A DNA stretch of 64,000 nt from Candidatus Anderseniibacteriota bacterium (GCA_046350855.1 JAXLZM010000002.1:78103-142102); one strand, 5' to 3'; positions 38,007 through 48,456 are shown, counted from the stretch's first letter. A program made the numbers and translations. The notes: generated by a model from the letters alone, not told the origin.

Positions 38007-39995
38007 TTAGCCGCGTTTTTTAGCGTTGCGTTTTGAGTCACGTAGTGCGGCGATCTGGTCGCGCAGTTTAGCTGCCTCCTCAAACTCAAGATTGCGCGCG
38101 GCCATGTCCATTTTCTCTGAGAGCATTTTGATAAATGCTTCGCGTTCACCCGGAGCCATATTGGCGCGTACAGTGGGAGCAGGTTCTTCTTGGGCTTTGG
38201 CGCCGGCGAGGCGCCCTTCGTTGATAGACTTGATGATGGACTTGGGCGTGAGTCCATGTTTTTTGTTGAACTCGGACTGCAACGTACGGCGGCGCTCCGT
38301 CTCTTTGATAGCGCGCTTCATCGACCCCGTCATCTTGTCCGCATACATAATCACGTGCCCGTCTACATGTCGCGCCGCCCGTCCCATGGTCTGAATCAGC
38401 GCAATCTCGTCCCGCAGGTAGCCCTCTTTGTCGGCATCCAAGATCGCAACCAACGACACCTCAGGCAAGTCGAGCCCCTCACGTAGTAAGTTGATTCCTA
38501 CCACCACGTCGTACACGCCGAGTCGCAGGTCGCGCAGAATCTCAAGTCGCTCGAGCGTGTCGACCTCGGAGTGCAGGTATTGCACTTTGACGCGCAGCTC
38601 TTTGAGATATTCGGTGAGTTCTTCCGCGAGCCGCTTGGTCAAGGTCGTCACGATCACGCGCTGCCCCTTGGCCGTGCGCGCCTTAATTTGCTCCAGTAAA
38701 TCGTCGATCTGGTGCAGCGTCGGCTTAACCTCAATCGTCGGATCGAGCAGGTACGTCGGTCGGATCAGTTGTTCTACCCGCTGCTTAGATTTTTGCAGCT
38801 CGTACTCGCGCGGCGTGGCACTCACGTACACGGCCTGATTAATGTGCTGGTTGAACTCCTTAAAATTGAGTGGTCGATTGTCCGCCGCGGCCGGCAACCT
38901 AAAACCATAGTCCACCAAAATCTTTTTGCGGGCCGCATCACCACGCTCCATACCTGAGACCTGGGGCAATGTAATGTGCGATTCATCCACAAACAGTAAA
39001 AAGTCCTTAGGAAAATAATCCAGCAACACCGCGGGTGGCGACCCAGGAGCACGTCCATCAAAATAGCGCGAGTAGTTCTCGATGCCGTTGATGTAGCCGG
39101 ATTCTTTAAGCATCTCGAGGTCGTAGGTGACGCGCTCCTCGATGCGCTGCGCTTCTAGTAGTTTGCCTCGTGACTTAAACTCGGCCACCTTGATCCCCAG
39201 GTCACGTTTGATGAGCGGAATAGCCTCCTCGATACGCGAACGCTCGGTGGCCCAGTGGCTGGCGGGAAAAATTACGGCCTCGTCTAATTTTTCCAGTAGC
39301 TCGCCGGTTAGAGCATCGATTAACGTAATTTTCTCGAGTTCTTCCCCAAAAAAACTAAAGCGTAGAACATTGTCCTCATAGGTCGGGTAAATCTCGAGCG
39401 TGTCGCCACGCACCCTAAACGATCCGCGACTAAAATCTAAGTCGCTCCGCGCATATTGGATGTTAACCAAGTGCTTGAGCAGCTCGCGCACGGCGTACTT
39501 TTTACCGACGACTAGTTTGAGTTTGCCCTTGGAGTATTCTTCGGGAGAACCAAGGCCGTAAATGCACGACACCGACGCCACGATGATCACGTCTTTGCGG
39601 GTGAGCAGTGACATCGTCGCTTGGTGGCGTAGTCGATCGATCTCGTCGTTGATCGAAGAATCCTTGGCGATGTAGGTATCGGTGCGGGGGATATAGGCCT
39701 CCGGTTGGTAGTAGTCATAGTAGGAGACAAAGTACTGCACGGCGTTTTTGGGGAAGAGCTCCTTAAACTCACTGGCCAACTGCGCGGCTAACGTCTTGTT
39801 ATGTGCCAAAACCAAGGTCGGACGCTGCATCTGCTCGATCACGCCAGCCATGGTCATCGTTTTACCCGAGCCGGTCACGCCCACGAGCGTCTGGTGCTGA
39901 TAACCTTTGCGCAACCCCTCCACCAAGGCCGCAATCGCCTTGGGCTGGTCCCCGGCAAACTTGTTTTTAGTGACGAGTTCTAATCGTTTAGCCAT
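38007..39995 (-). CDS. uvrB: Excinuclease ABC subunit B
   Basis: 'GVTGSGKT' Walker A, DEAH-like helicase motifs, C-terminal UVR domain '…[17 protein letters not shown]'. Confidence 0.9.
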   Translation of the reverse strand: MAKRLELVTKNKFAGDQPKAIAALVEGLRKGYQHQTLVGVTGSGKTMTMAGVIEQMQRPTLVLAHNKTLAAQLASEFKELFPKNAVQYFVSYYDYYQPEAYIPRTDTYIAKDSSINDEIDRLRHQATMSLLTRKDVIIVASVSCIYGLGSPEEYSKGKLKLVVGKKYAVRELLKHLVNIQYARSDLDFSRGSFRVRGDTLEIYPTYEDNVLRFSFFGEELEKITLIDALTGELLEKLDEAVIFPASHWATERSRIEEAIPLIKRDLGIKVAEFKSRGKLLEAQRIEERVTYDLEMLKESGYINGIENYSRYFDGRAPGSPPAVLLDYFPKDFLLFVDESHITLPQVSGMERGDAARKKILVDYGFRLPAAADNRPLNFKEFNQHINQAVYVSATPREYELQKSKQRVEQLIRPTYLLDPTIEVKPTLHQIDDLLEQIKARTAKGQRVIVTTLTKRLAEELTEYLKELRVKVQYLHSEVDTLERLEILRDLRLGVYDVVVGINLLREGLDLPEVSLVAILDADKEGYLRDEIALIQTMGRAARHVDGHVIMYADKMTGSMKRAIKETERRRTLQSEFNKKHGLTPKSIIKSINEGRLAGAKAQEEPAPTVRANMAPGEREAFIKMLSEKMDMAARNLEFEEAAKLRDQIAALRDSKRNAKKRG

Positions 39996-40020
39996 AAAAC
40001 GACCAACCCTAACATGTTTT

Positions 40021-40197
40021 CTGGAGTTTTTAAAGTTTCACAACCTCGCAACCCACAAAGACTTAGCGCAAAAGCTCAAGGCACTGGAGAAGCGCTACGA
40101 CGCACAGTTTCGTTCGATTTTTGAGGCGATTCGAGCATTAATGAGCCAAGAAAAAGAGCAAAACCACACATCGATCGGGTTCAAAACAGACAGTTGA
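40021..40197 (+). pseudogene. Start-less gene fragment resembling the C-terminus of an ORF6C/KilA-C-type (phage antirepressor-like) protein
   Basis: Open frame '[48 protein letters not shown]…' has a protein-like coiled-coil pattern. It has no ATG/GTG/TTG start in frame and begins in the uvrB promoter region. Confidence 0.3.
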
Positions 40198-40245
40198 GCT
40201 TTAAACCAGCTTTGCTAGGGTAGCGCTAGGATAAGGAGGTGCGGA

Positions 40246-40713
40246 TTGTTCTCTCACACGATTGGTCAACTCGGGTTCAATCGGCTCCGTCAACTCGATA
40301 ACTTTAATGTTAGTTTGGCGGCGCATCGATCTGGTGACCAGCCCAAAAAAGACGAACCAGACACCCGACCGTACGCTCTCGAAGTCGTCTTTGAGCATAC
40401 CCAGGGCAAAGTACTCACGGTGGCGATCCCGGGGACACTGCCTGACAACTGGCAACCCGATGCTGGACTGACCGATTCTGGTGGTTTTACCGTCATGCCT
40501 ACTAAGGACTGGCTCAAAAGTGTGACGCTCGGGGAACTCACCTATGCGCTTAATAAGTTCGGCCAGATCAATCTGGAGGGGATCCGTTTTAAAAACCCCA
40601 AAGATCTGGACTGGAACGAGCTGATCAACATACGAGTCCTGCTGCCCCTTTTTGATCGGCAACGCCGACTCAGAGCTCGATTCTTTAACGGATTTATGGA
40701 GGTTCGACCCTAG
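40246..40713 (+). CDS. Hypothetical protein (strand assignment uncertain; a 217-aa ORF overlaps on the opposite strand)
   Basis: 155-aa ORF with a protein-like segment 'GELTYALNKFGQINLEGIRFKNPKDLDWNELINIRV'. No recognisable family. Confidence 0.3.
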   Translation: MFSHTIGQLGFNRLRQLDNFNVSLAAHRSGDQPKKDEPDTRPYALEVVFEHTQGKVLTVAIPGTLPDNWQPDAGLTDSGGFTVMPTKDWLKSVTLGELTYALNKFGQINLEGIRFKNPKDLDWNELINIRVLLPLFDRQRRLRARFFNGFMEVRP

Positions 40714-40767
40714 GCCCGTACCATGTGCGGGCCTCGTTTTTTTGAGTGGCTTTGCTAGGATAGCCGC

Positions 40768-41382
40768 ATGATCGCTGGTCTCTCCGGTCGTGTGGCCGAA
40801 AAACTCGATAAAAGCGCCGTGATCGATGTGCAGGGCGTACGCTATGAGGTGCACCTGAGTGCCAGTGGTCTAGCGCATCTGCCCAACTTGGGCGAACCAA
40901 TAGCACTCTGGACGCGCCTGATTCCGAGCGAGGACTCCATGACGCTCTACGGTTTTGGGACGTATCCTGAGCAGCAACTCTTTGATTTACTTGTAACCGT
41001 CACGGGCGTTGGTCCCAAACTCGCCCTCAATATTCTCAACGCCGGTCCGGTGAGCAGTATCGTCTCGGCCATCTCGCAAGAAAAACCTGAGTTTTTTCTT
41101 AAGGTCACTCGTCTCGGCAAAAAAACCGCGAGTAAACTCATTCTCGACCTCAAGACCAAAGTCGAGGCGACCTTCCCCGATGCGCACGTGCCGGGTGCCG
41201 GGTCGCGTGACCTGTCAGATCTGACCAACCGTGACGACATCGCCCTGCAAGCGCTGGTAGAACTCGGCTACAACAGTTCCCAAGCCAAGGCCGCCCTGGC
41301 CGAGGTCAGCGCTACCGATCCCAGCGCCCGCGTCAAAGAAGCCCTGCAAAAATTGGGTTCGGCCGCATCGGTTACGCGCTGA
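40768..41382 (+). CDS. ruvA: Holliday junction DNA helicase subunit RuvA
   Basis: 'MIAGLSGRV…VIDVQGVRYEVHLS' OB domain, HhH repeats 'LVTVTGVGPKLALNIL', C-terminal domain III. Confidence 0.85.
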   Translation: MIAGLSGRVAEKLDKSAVIDVQGVRYEVHLSASGLAHLPNLGEPIALWTRLIPSEDSMTLYGFGTYPEQQLFDLLVTVTGVGPKLALNILNAGPVSSIVSAISQEKPEFFLKVTRLGKKTASKLILDLKTKVEATFPDAHVPGAGSRDLSDLTNRDDIALQALVELGYNSSQAKAALAEVSATDPSARVKEALQKLGSAASVTR

Positions 41383-41407
41383 TTTTGTTCTACCGTAGCT
41401 GACACCC

Positions 41408-42436
41408 ATGCGCCTGACCGAAGCTGATGCCGCCACACTCGATCGGTTCATCCAGTCCGAGCTGGACTCGAGTTTGTTGCAATCTTGGATGTGGGGAGAG
41501 TTTCAGGCGGCACTTGGACGTACGATTGCTCGGATTGGGGTAGAACAAAACGGTCGGCTGGTGGCGACCGCGCTGCTGATTAAGTATGACCTGCCGCTGG
41601 GGCAATCCTATGCCTACTGTCCGCGTGGGCCGGTGGTGGTTGGTCAACATGACGGCCGTCCCGATCCGGTCGCCCTCGAGCAAATTACCGAGCAACTTAC
41701 GGCGCAAGCGCGCGAGTGGGGCGCCATGTTTGTACGGATCGACCCACCCCTCCCGCCTGGAGCACAAGAGCAGTATCAGTCACTTGGTTTTGCTGCGGCT
41801 GCTAACCAGATTCAGCCGCGCGTCACGGCCTTACTGGATCTTAAGCAGCCGCGCGAGCAACTTCTCGCCAACATGAAGCAAAAAACGCGTTACAACATCC
41901 GTTTGGCGCTCAAAAAAAACGTACACGTGCGCCAGAGCTTTAGTCCGCACGATGTTGAGGCTTTTTTGCAGCTTAACCGTGCCACTACCCAACGCGACGG
42001 ATTTGTCGCGCACCCGGATAGCTACTACAAAACCCAAACCGAGATTTTGGGGCGGGCGGGGCTACTTAAGCTCTTTATTGCAGAACACAACGAGCAGCCT
42101 CTCTCGATCATTGTGGTGGCGTTCCATGGTAAAACCGCAACCTATCTGCATGGCGCCTCGAGCGACGCCGAGCGCAACCGCATGCCCACCTTTGCCGTGC
42201 AGTGGGAGGCGATTAAAGAAGCGCAGCGACTCGGTCTCTTTTGGTTTGACCTGCATGGTGTAGCACCAACTGATGATCCTGAGCACCTCTGGGCGGGTAT
42301 TACGCGGTTCAAGCTGGGTTTTGGTGCCAAGCGTCACTCGTACATGGGGGCTCTGGATCTGCCGATTAAGCACACCTGGTACCGCTTATATAAGATGCGT
42401 CTATCCCTACGTCGCAGCGAGGCGCGTAACCAATAA
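41408..42436 (+). CDS. FemAB-family peptidoglycan branch (aminoacyl) transferase
   Basis: 'LQSWMWGEF…YCPRGPVV…FVRIDP…KTRYNIRLALKKNV…YLHGASSD…FKLGFG' are FemAB/FemX-family hallmarks. Confidence 0.75.
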   Translation: MRLTEADAATLDRFIQSELDSSLLQSWMWGEFQAALGRTIARIGVEQNGRLVATALLIKYDLPLGQSYAYCPRGPVVVGQHDGRPDPVALEQITEQLTAQAREWGAMFVRIDPPLPPGAQEQYQSLGFAAAANQIQPRVTALLDLKQPREQLLANMKQKTRYNIRLALKKNVHVRQSFSPHDVEAFLQLNRATTQRDGFVAHPDSYYKTQTEILGRAGLLKLFIAEHNEQPLSIIVVAFHGKTATYLHGASSDAERNRMPTFAVQWEAIKEAQRLGLFWFDLHGVAPTDDPEHLWAGITRFKLGFGAKRHSYMGALDLPIKHTWYRLYKMRLSLRRSEARNQ

Positions 42437-42749
42437 CAGCACAACCGTGCAACGACCCTTGACAACGGTAAACGGTAGTGTAGGATGCCGGGTCCCTACA
42501 CGAGACGTTGGTGATTCAAGAAAGAGAGGTTGATCGTCGTGGAGTTCCCTCAGCACTTTACGGAAACACAAAAGAAGCGCATCGCTCGGCAAGAACCAAT
42601 TGCCAAGCACAAGGGGTTTACCATCAAACTCTCAGAAGATTGCGCGCAGTTGATCTGGATCAGCGATAGCACGGGACTCGAGCAGTACCGTGAATCCGTC
42701 GAGAACTACAAGTGACTACTCCGAGGAATCGTGCCTTGGAGTAGTTATC

Positions 42750-44084
42750 TTAGCTACTCCAACCGAGCGCATGCCGCAGAAGTGTAATGTCTCGATCGTG
42801 GCGTTTTTTGTCTTTGCCACGGGCTTTGGCGGTTTCTGCAGTAAATTCCGCAATGTGGCGCTCTATAAAAGTCCGGGACTGCTCGGGCGTTAGGACTTCT
42901 TGGTCATGCAGTTCCTCAAGTGCCGCGCTGATAAATTCCATCCGCTCATCGCTATTTTTTGTCTGTAAAACACTCTTTTTCCAAACTGCGTCAAGCACTC
43001 TATCGGCTGGTTCTTTTTTGAGCTGCTCGATAAAGCGTAAAAATCGTCCGGAATGTTTTGTATCGTAGAATAAATTATCTAACCCCCGTTCAGTCTTAGT
43101 GAGCAGCTCCATTTTTTTGACTAGCTCCTCGTCCGGAATGAACTCCTCACCCTGAGATCCCTTATACAGGTAGTCCCCATATTTTCCTTCGAACAGTCGG
43201 GCACTCCCAAAGTCGATGATGGTTGTACGGAGCTGCTGATTTTCCTCATGCACCATGATGTTGCGTTCGTGTGCATCCCGATGTGCAATGCCGCTGCGAT
43301 GTAGCTGTGTAAAAGCATTCTTAGTTTGTTCGTACACGGTTGCGTCGAGTTTAAAGTTATTGCGTGCTAAAAACCCGTAAATCTCGCTGGAATTATGGCG
43401 GATAATCGCCGTTCTTTTTTCTATGTCACCGCCCGCCGGTACCGCCGAAAGCTTAAGCGTATTTTGAACTGCATCAAACAACTCATCCACACGCATGTGT
43501 TCTATATCCGTAAAAACTTTAGATGCTTGTGGGTGACGTTTGAGCACCTCACGATACATGCGCGTGGCCAGATCCTCGCCGGGCATTAATTCCATTACGA
43601 GGAGAGCAATCTTTTCTTGGTTTTTAACTCCATAGGTGCTTAATTGTTGCTGCATTTCTGGACTCAAATTAGAGAGCTCACGATAGAGGATCGGGCGCGG
43701 GATCCCGGCAATCGTAGCGGAACTTTTCTGCGCCTCAGCGATCGATTGATACGCAGCACTCTGGGCTTCAAACTCTTTCTTACCGACACTCGCCTCATAC
43801 ACTTTCAAAATTTTAATAGCCGGGGTCTCATCAAGCTCGATTCCCGTTTCTTTAAGTTTTTCCACTAACTCGGGCGGAAATTTGCCAATGTCCGCGCGAA
43901 AAATAACACCGTTATGTCCCTCGTTAATTTTTTCGACCCCGTGCAGAAGGACTTCTTCGAGACGAGCATCGATGAGACGTTCGGTCTCATTTTCTCGACT
44001 GGTGGCAGTTTTTTCAGCGGTTTGTTCACTTTGGCTTAGCCCCAGTTCTTCCGGACTCGGGCCATGCTCTGGATTTGTTGGCAT
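42750..44084 (-). CDS. Atypical protein-kinase-like protein (ePK/APH fold)
   Basis: 'PAIKILKV' (VAIK-like Lys), catalytic loop 'IAHRDAHERNIMV', 'IIDFGSA' (DFG). Long helical extensions on both sides. Confidence 0.6.
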   Translation of the reverse strand: MPTNPEHGPSPEELGLSQSEQTAEKTATSRENETERLIDARLEEVLLHGVEKINEGHNGVIFRADIGKFPPELVEKLKETGIELDETPAIKILKVYEASVGKKEFEAQSAAYQSIAEAQKSSATIAGIPRPILYRELSNLSPEMQQQLSTYGVKNQEKIALLVMELMPGEDLATRMYREVLKRHPQASKVFTDIEHMRVDELFDAVQNTLKLSAVPAGGDIEKRTAIIRHNSSEIYGFLARNNFKLDATVYEQTKNAFTQLHRSGIAHRDAHERNIMVHEENQQLRTTIIDFGSARLFEGKYGDYLYKGSQGEEFIPDEELVKKMELLTKTERGLDNLFYDTKHSGRFLRFIEQLKKEPADRVLDAVWKKSVLQTKNSDERMEFISAALEELHDQEVLTPEQSRTFIERHIAEFTAETAKARGKDKKRHDRDITLLRHALGWSS

Positions 44085-44130
44085 GGCTACAGTATACGTG
44101 ATCAGCGTTACAATAGTGTAGGATAACAGT

Positions 44131-44466
44131 ATGTCGCGCCGTCTGCTCTATCTTACTATCTTCTTTGGCGTTCTTTTTGTGACTGGGCTGGTTTGGTTTG
44201 TCATCTCAGCTAACTCGCGCAGTTCAGCCCAACCCGCCCCTGGCCCGAGCCAACTCTTTGATAGTGATCAGGACGGTCTCTCCGACGCGCGCGAGACCGA
44301 ACTCGGCAGTGATCCCAACCAAGCCGATACGGACCATGATGGCCTCACCGATCAGCAGGAGGTCGACACCTACACCACCGTACCAACCATTGTCGATACG
44401 GATGGCGACGGCTATAGCGATGGAGTTGAGGTGTTGGGTGGCTATAACCCCAAGGGTCCCAATTAA
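44131..44466 (+). CDS. Small membrane-anchored protein with thrombospondin type-3-like Ca-binding repeats
   Basis: TM 'LLYLTIFFGVLFVTGLVWFVI', then 'DSDQDGLSDARE…DTDHDGLTDQQE…DTDGDGYSDGVE' DxDxDG repeats. Confidence 0.5.
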   Translation: MSRRLLYLTIFFGVLFVTGLVWFVISANSRSSAQPAPGPSQLFDSDQDGLSDARETELGSDPNQADTDHDGLTDQQEVDTYTTVPTIVDTDGDGYSDGVEVLGGYNPKGPN

Positions 44467-44491
44467 TCGCAGGGTTTGGTAGCCTGCTACC

Positions 44492-45925
44492 ATGCCGACT
44501 AAAGCCGCTCTCCGCCGCCTCGTTCCGCGCCCGTTGCTCTTTGGCTACCATGCTGTGCTCAATTGGCTCTCCATGGCGGTCTTTGGATTTCCGACCCGTC
44601 GTTTGATCACGATCGGTGTCACCGGCACGACCGGCAAAACCTCGGTGGTCAGTTACATCAGTGACACATTAGAATCGGCCGGGGTACGCACCGGGTATGT
44701 CAGTACGGCCACCGTTAAGATCGGTTCTGCCAAACGGCTGAACCAACTCAAAATGACCATGCCGGGTCGCTGGACTCTGGCGCGCATGTTGGCACAGATC
44801 CGTCGCAGTGGCGCTCAGGCCGTGGTGATCGAAACCTCCTCGCAAGGGCTCGAGATGTACCGGCATCTTGGGATCGCCTATGACGTGGCCGTCTTTACCA
44901 ACCTGACACCCGAGCACATCGAGGCGCACGGTTCCTTTGAAGCCTATCGCAGCGCCAAAGAGCGACTCTTTGCGGCACTGGCTGGTAGTCCTCGCAAAAC
45001 CGATCGTGTCACGGGCAAACCAATCAAAAAAATCATCGTAGCCAACTTGGATGACGCTAATGCCAAATATTTTTTGCAGTACGACGCCGACGAAAAATGG
45101 GGTTTTTCGCTCGCGGCTGGTGGTCCGGATGCCCACGTCTCGCTCACCAATGTGGTTCGGCCGAGTGCCTACAGTTGTGGTCCGGAGGGGATCTCGTTTA
45201 CGCTGCGTCTACCAAAACGCGAGCTTCACAAAGGTAGCCCGCTGGCCGGTCAGACAGCAATCGATGTACGAACCAAGTTAGTAGGTATTTTTAATTTGCA
45301 GAACATGCTGGCGGCGGCAAGCGTCGCGCTGAGTCAAGAAATTCCGCTCGACAAAATCAAAACGGCTTTAGAAAAACTCGAGCCAGCCCCCGGGCGTATG
45401 GAACCGATCGTGGCCGGACAGCCCTTTAGTGTCGTAGTGGATTACGCGCACGTGCCCGAGTCGCTCGAGCTGGTCTACAAAACTTTGCGTGACCAGTTGG
45501 CCCCAGGTAAAAAATTGATCGCGGTCCTGGGTTCGGCCGGAGGCGGCCGGGATGTCGCCAAGCGCCCCCGCTTGGGCGCGCTCGCCGGTCGGTATGCAGA
45601 CTTTGTGGTAGTGACCAACGAGGACCCCTACGATGAGGACCCAGTGCAGATCATCAACCAGGTCAAAGCGGGGGTGCTCTCTGCCGGTAAGCCCGAGGCC
45701 CACAAAAATAGAGGTGGGAGTGCTGATCAACGGGGTGTGGTGGCGATTACCGACCGGCGAGCCGGTATGCGCCGCGCACTTCGCGCGGCGCAACCAGGCG
45801 ACATCGTGGTGATTACCGGCAAAGGCTGCGAGCCTGTGATTATGTCCAAAGACGGCGCACGTATCCCTCACGACGATCGTACGGTCGCGCGCGAGTTACT
45901 CCGTGAGCTGTTGGACAAACAATAA
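44492..45925 (+). CDS. murE: Mur ligase family protein (MurE-like UDP-MurNAc-tripeptide synthetase)
   Basis: 'IGVTGTTGKTSV' P-loop, central and C-terminal Mur ligase domains ('DYAHVPESLE', 'VVVTNEDPYDEDP'). Confidence 0.65.
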   Translation: MPTKAALRRLVPRPLLFGYHAVLNWLSMAVFGFPTRRLITIGVTGTTGKTSVVSYISDTLESAGVRTGYVSTATVKIGSAKRLNQLKMTMPGRWTLARMLAQIRRSGAQAVVIETSSQGLEMYRHLGIAYDVAVFTNLTPEHIEAHGSFEAYRSAKERLFAALAGSPRKTDRVTGKPIKKIIVANLDDANAKYFLQYDADEKWGFSLAAGGPDAHVSLTNVVRPSAYSCGPEGISFTLRLPKRELHKGSPLAGQTAIDVRTKLVGIFNLQNMLAAASVALSQEIPLDKIKTALEKLEPAPGRMEPIVAGQPFSVVVDYAHVPESLELVYKTLRDQLAPGKKLIAVLGSAGGGRDVAKRPRLGALAGRYADFVVVTNEDPYDEDPVQIINQVKAGVLSAGKPEAHKNRGGSADQRGVVAITDRRAGMRRALRAAQPGDIVVITGKGCEPVIMSKDGARIPHDDRTVARELLRELLDKQ

Positions 45926-45968
45926 CCCGCTGGTCAAAGCGACATACCCGAGTGTAGAGTGCTAGACC

Positions 45969-47561
45969 ATGTTGGCCGTCGTATCTCCAAAGCGGACCTC
46001 GCGCTTGCTCCTGATCGGTGCTGCTCTGGTTGGTCCGGTTCTCTATAGTCTCCTTGCTCTCTACCGTTTGCACTATCCGGGCGTGCACTACGACGAACTC
46101 TTGTTTACTAACGCCGCGCTCGGTCCGATCGGTGACCTTTTTATTTTTAGACGCTGGCACGGTGTCACGCTCTTGCTAATGCCGTATATCGGTGCGCTCA
46201 AGGCCTGGTTTGCTATGCCGATTTTTACCTGGTTTGGGGTCTCGGTTGTTTCGATTCGGTTACCTAATGTGCTCTTGACCGCCCTGGTCTTGTTTGGATT
46301 GTGGTGGCTGGTCCGGCGACCCCTGGGAGCGCGCCTTGCCACGGCCGCGACGGTGCTTCTCGCTCTCGATCCTAATTTTATCGCGCTGACCCGCACCGAC
46401 TTTGGCCCGGTGGTCTTTGCACTGCTCTGTCGAGTACTCGTCCTCGCGGTCGTGGTGTGGTTCTTGCGGACCAAAAAAATCACCACGTTGCTGTGGCTCT
46501 TGCCGATCATGGCGGCCGGCCTCTTTAACAAACTAGATTTTTTGTGGTGCATCAACGCAACGTTTGCAGCACTCTTTTTGCTTAACCTCCGACAAGTTCA
46601 CACCTGGCTACGCACTACCGCTGGTCGTAGCACGTTAGTGACGTTACTACTCGGGTACGGTGTCTTTGTTTGGTACTACCTAACCCTCCTTAAACTGGGT
46701 AAGCTCTCGGTAGGTCTCACTGGTAGTGCAATCAAAGCACACGTCCTGCAGTGGATCGTGGGCTGGTGCGATGTTCTCTCGGGCGAGGGATTTTTTGGAC
46801 ATGCCTTAGCCCCCTACCGTACCGTTTTCTACGGCAGTATCGGCCTCACGTTGACTCTCATTTTGCTGGCTGGGTTCTACCTGATTAATACCCGCAGTCA
46901 ACACCGTGCTTGGCGCAGTCTGTGTAACTTTTTGGTGCTCTCGCTCGTGCTGGCAAATGCGCAGATTTTAGTCACCTCGCAAGCCTCGGGTCCCTGGCAC
47001 TATCTTACCGTGCAACCGATGCTTGCGCTCATGTTAGTCATGAGTCTCGCAGCCCTCTACGTCTGGGCCCGGCAGCATTTTGCAAAAGTCGGTGCCGGTT
47101 TGGTTGTTGTACTCTGTCTTGCTCTCATCGCGCATTTTGTGTTGGTGTACGGGCTCTCAGTGCGCTCCTATCGCCACCCGACCAACGTCAGCTGGTCGCC
47201 CGCGATTTATGACCTGCTCGCCTATACCCAGTCACACTCGGGTCGCTTTTTGGCGGAGGATTGGGGCATGACGACACAGCTGCTCGCTTTTGATCGGCAG
47301 CCTAATAAGTACTTTGACGTTACGGCTGCTTTTAGCAACAGTACGCCAAGTACCTACGCTAACTTTGCGCACGCGTATTTTTCGGCCAAGCCCGAGACTA
47401 CCTTTTTGTTCCATACGCAAGAACTCTCGGTCTTTCCAGAAGCGCGCACCAAAGCCTTTGCGATTGCCGCTGAGTTCGGCCTGACCTTACACAAGGTACA
47501 CGAGGTCAGCGACGGCAACCGAGTTATTTTTGAACTCTACCAAGCCCTGCCAAAGCCCTAA
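45969..47561 (+). CDS. Polytopic membrane protein, putative GT-C glycosyltransferase (PMT/ArnT-like)
   Basis: About 12 predicted TM helices. 'DELLFTNAALGPIGD…LLLMPYIGALKAWF' resembles the GT39/ArnT N-terminal loop. Confidence 0.45.
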   Translation: MLAVVSPKRTSRLLLIGAALVGPVLYSLLALYRLHYPGVHYDELLFTNAALGPIGDLFIFRRWHGVTLLLMPYIGALKAWFAMPIFTWFGVSVVSIRLPNVLLTALVLFGLWWLVRRPLGARLATAATVLLALDPNFIALTRTDFGPVVFALLCRVLVLAVVVWFLRTKKITTLLWLLPIMAAGLFNKLDFLWCINATFAALFLLNLRQVHTWLRTTAGRSTLVTLLLGYGVFVWYYLTLLKLGKLSVGLTGSAIKAHVLQWIVGWCDVLSGEGFFGHALAPYRTVFYGSIGLTLTLILLAGFYLINTRSQHRAWRSLCNFLVLSLVLANAQILVTSQASGPWHYLTVQPMLALMLVMSLAALYVWARQHFAKVGAGLVVVLCLALIAHFVLVYGLSVRSYRHPTNVSWSPAIYDLLAYTQSHSGRFLAEDWGMTTQLLAFDRQPNKYFDVTAAFSNSTPSTYANFAHAYFSAKPETTFLFHTQELSVFPEARTKAFAIAAEFGLTLHKVHEVSDGNRVIFELYQALPKP

Positions 47562-48041
47562 CTAGATTGCTGCCAAAATCCAGTACAGCAGGAGGGTTAG
47601 TCCAATCCCAAAGGTCGCGCCGCCAAAAGCCTCCAGCGGGGTGTGCCCCACCCGCTCTATTTGCTTGGGGATTAGGCGTTGCTTATCGCGCGGGAGTTGT
47701 TGACGCAGGATATTGATGGCGCGGGAGTGTTGTTCTACAAACATACGTAAGCCGAGTGCGTCCCGGGTGACGATTACCGCCAGGGCCAAAGCCAAACCAA
47801 AGCTGAGGGAGTCTAGCCCCGCGACTAACCCCGCCACCGTCGCGAGGGCCGAGACGAGCGCAATGTGCGAGGAGGGAAACTTACCCCAGGCGTAGTACTC
47901 GTGCGGATCAATTTTGCCGGTTTGTACGAGCTTGATCAAAACTTTGGTAAGCTGCGTCACGACCGTAATCGCAATAGGCCAAACAACTAGCAGGAGTAGT
48001 GTATAGTCGAACCTCATGGAAAAGTCTCTCAATCTTACCAC
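47562..48041 (-). CDS. Divergent PAP2-family (DUF212) membrane protein
   Basis: 'YAWGKFPSSHIALVSALA…VTRDALGLRMFVEQH' matches the acid-phosphatase/haloperoxidase-related DUF212 pattern. Confidence 0.7.
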   Translation of the reverse strand: MVRLRDFSMRFDYTLLLLVVWPIAITVVTQLTKVLIKLVQTGKIDPHEYYAWGKFPSSHIALVSALATVAGLVAGLDSLSFGLALALAVIVTRDALGLRMFVEQHSRAINILRQQLPRDKQRLIPKQIERVGHTPLEAFGGATFGIGLTLLLYWILAAI

Positions 48042-48456
48042 GCTCGTCTTTAGTGCTTTGCCGCTCCGTTCTGCAATCGGACCAAGCGTCGCTCAGGCGG
48101 GCAAGCCTTGGCTCGGTCTGCACGATGGCATTAAGTGGTATTTTAAAAAAACGCTCAGCACGTATAGACCCGGCCGGGTGAACTTTTGGAAATTGCTCAT
48201 ACCCTACAAACGGCGACTGCCTCCTGACGCGATCCTTGTAGTCACGAGCCCCGGACCCTTTAGTGCGACCCGAGCGAGCGTCTCCATCGCCAACGCCCTA
48301 GCCTTTGCTTGGGATATTCCAGTTGTGCCGGTCTCGATCGAGCAGCTCCGCCGTACCACCCCAATGCTCCTCGCTAAAAAAGCGGGCGTGGCCAAACGCA
48401 CAGGGTTTTCTCTCGCGCGCCGCGCTTTACCTCAATACAACCGCAAACCCTATTGA
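48016..48456 (+). CDS. tsaB: TsaB (YeaZ)-like protein, short form
   Basis: 'ILVVTSPGPFSATRASVSIANALAFAWDIPVVPVSIEQL' matches the TsaB N-terminal domain. Only 146 aa, versus ~220 for typical TsaB. Confidence 0.5.
   Translation: MEKSLNLTTLVFSALPLRSAIGPSVAQAGKPWLGLHDGIKWYFKKTLSTYRPGRVNFWKLLIPYKRRLPPDAILVVTSPGPFSATRASVSIANALAFAWDIPVVPVSIEQLRRTTPMLLAKKAGVAKRTGFSLARRALPQYNRKPY

Noticed and set aside
40201-40854. 217-aa minus-strand ORF between uvrB and ruvA
   Set aside because: It overlaps a 155-aa plus-strand ORF of similar quality. Neither has family signatures, and codon-position GC is not decisive by eye. The plus ORF is reported at low confidence and the minus ORF is not called.
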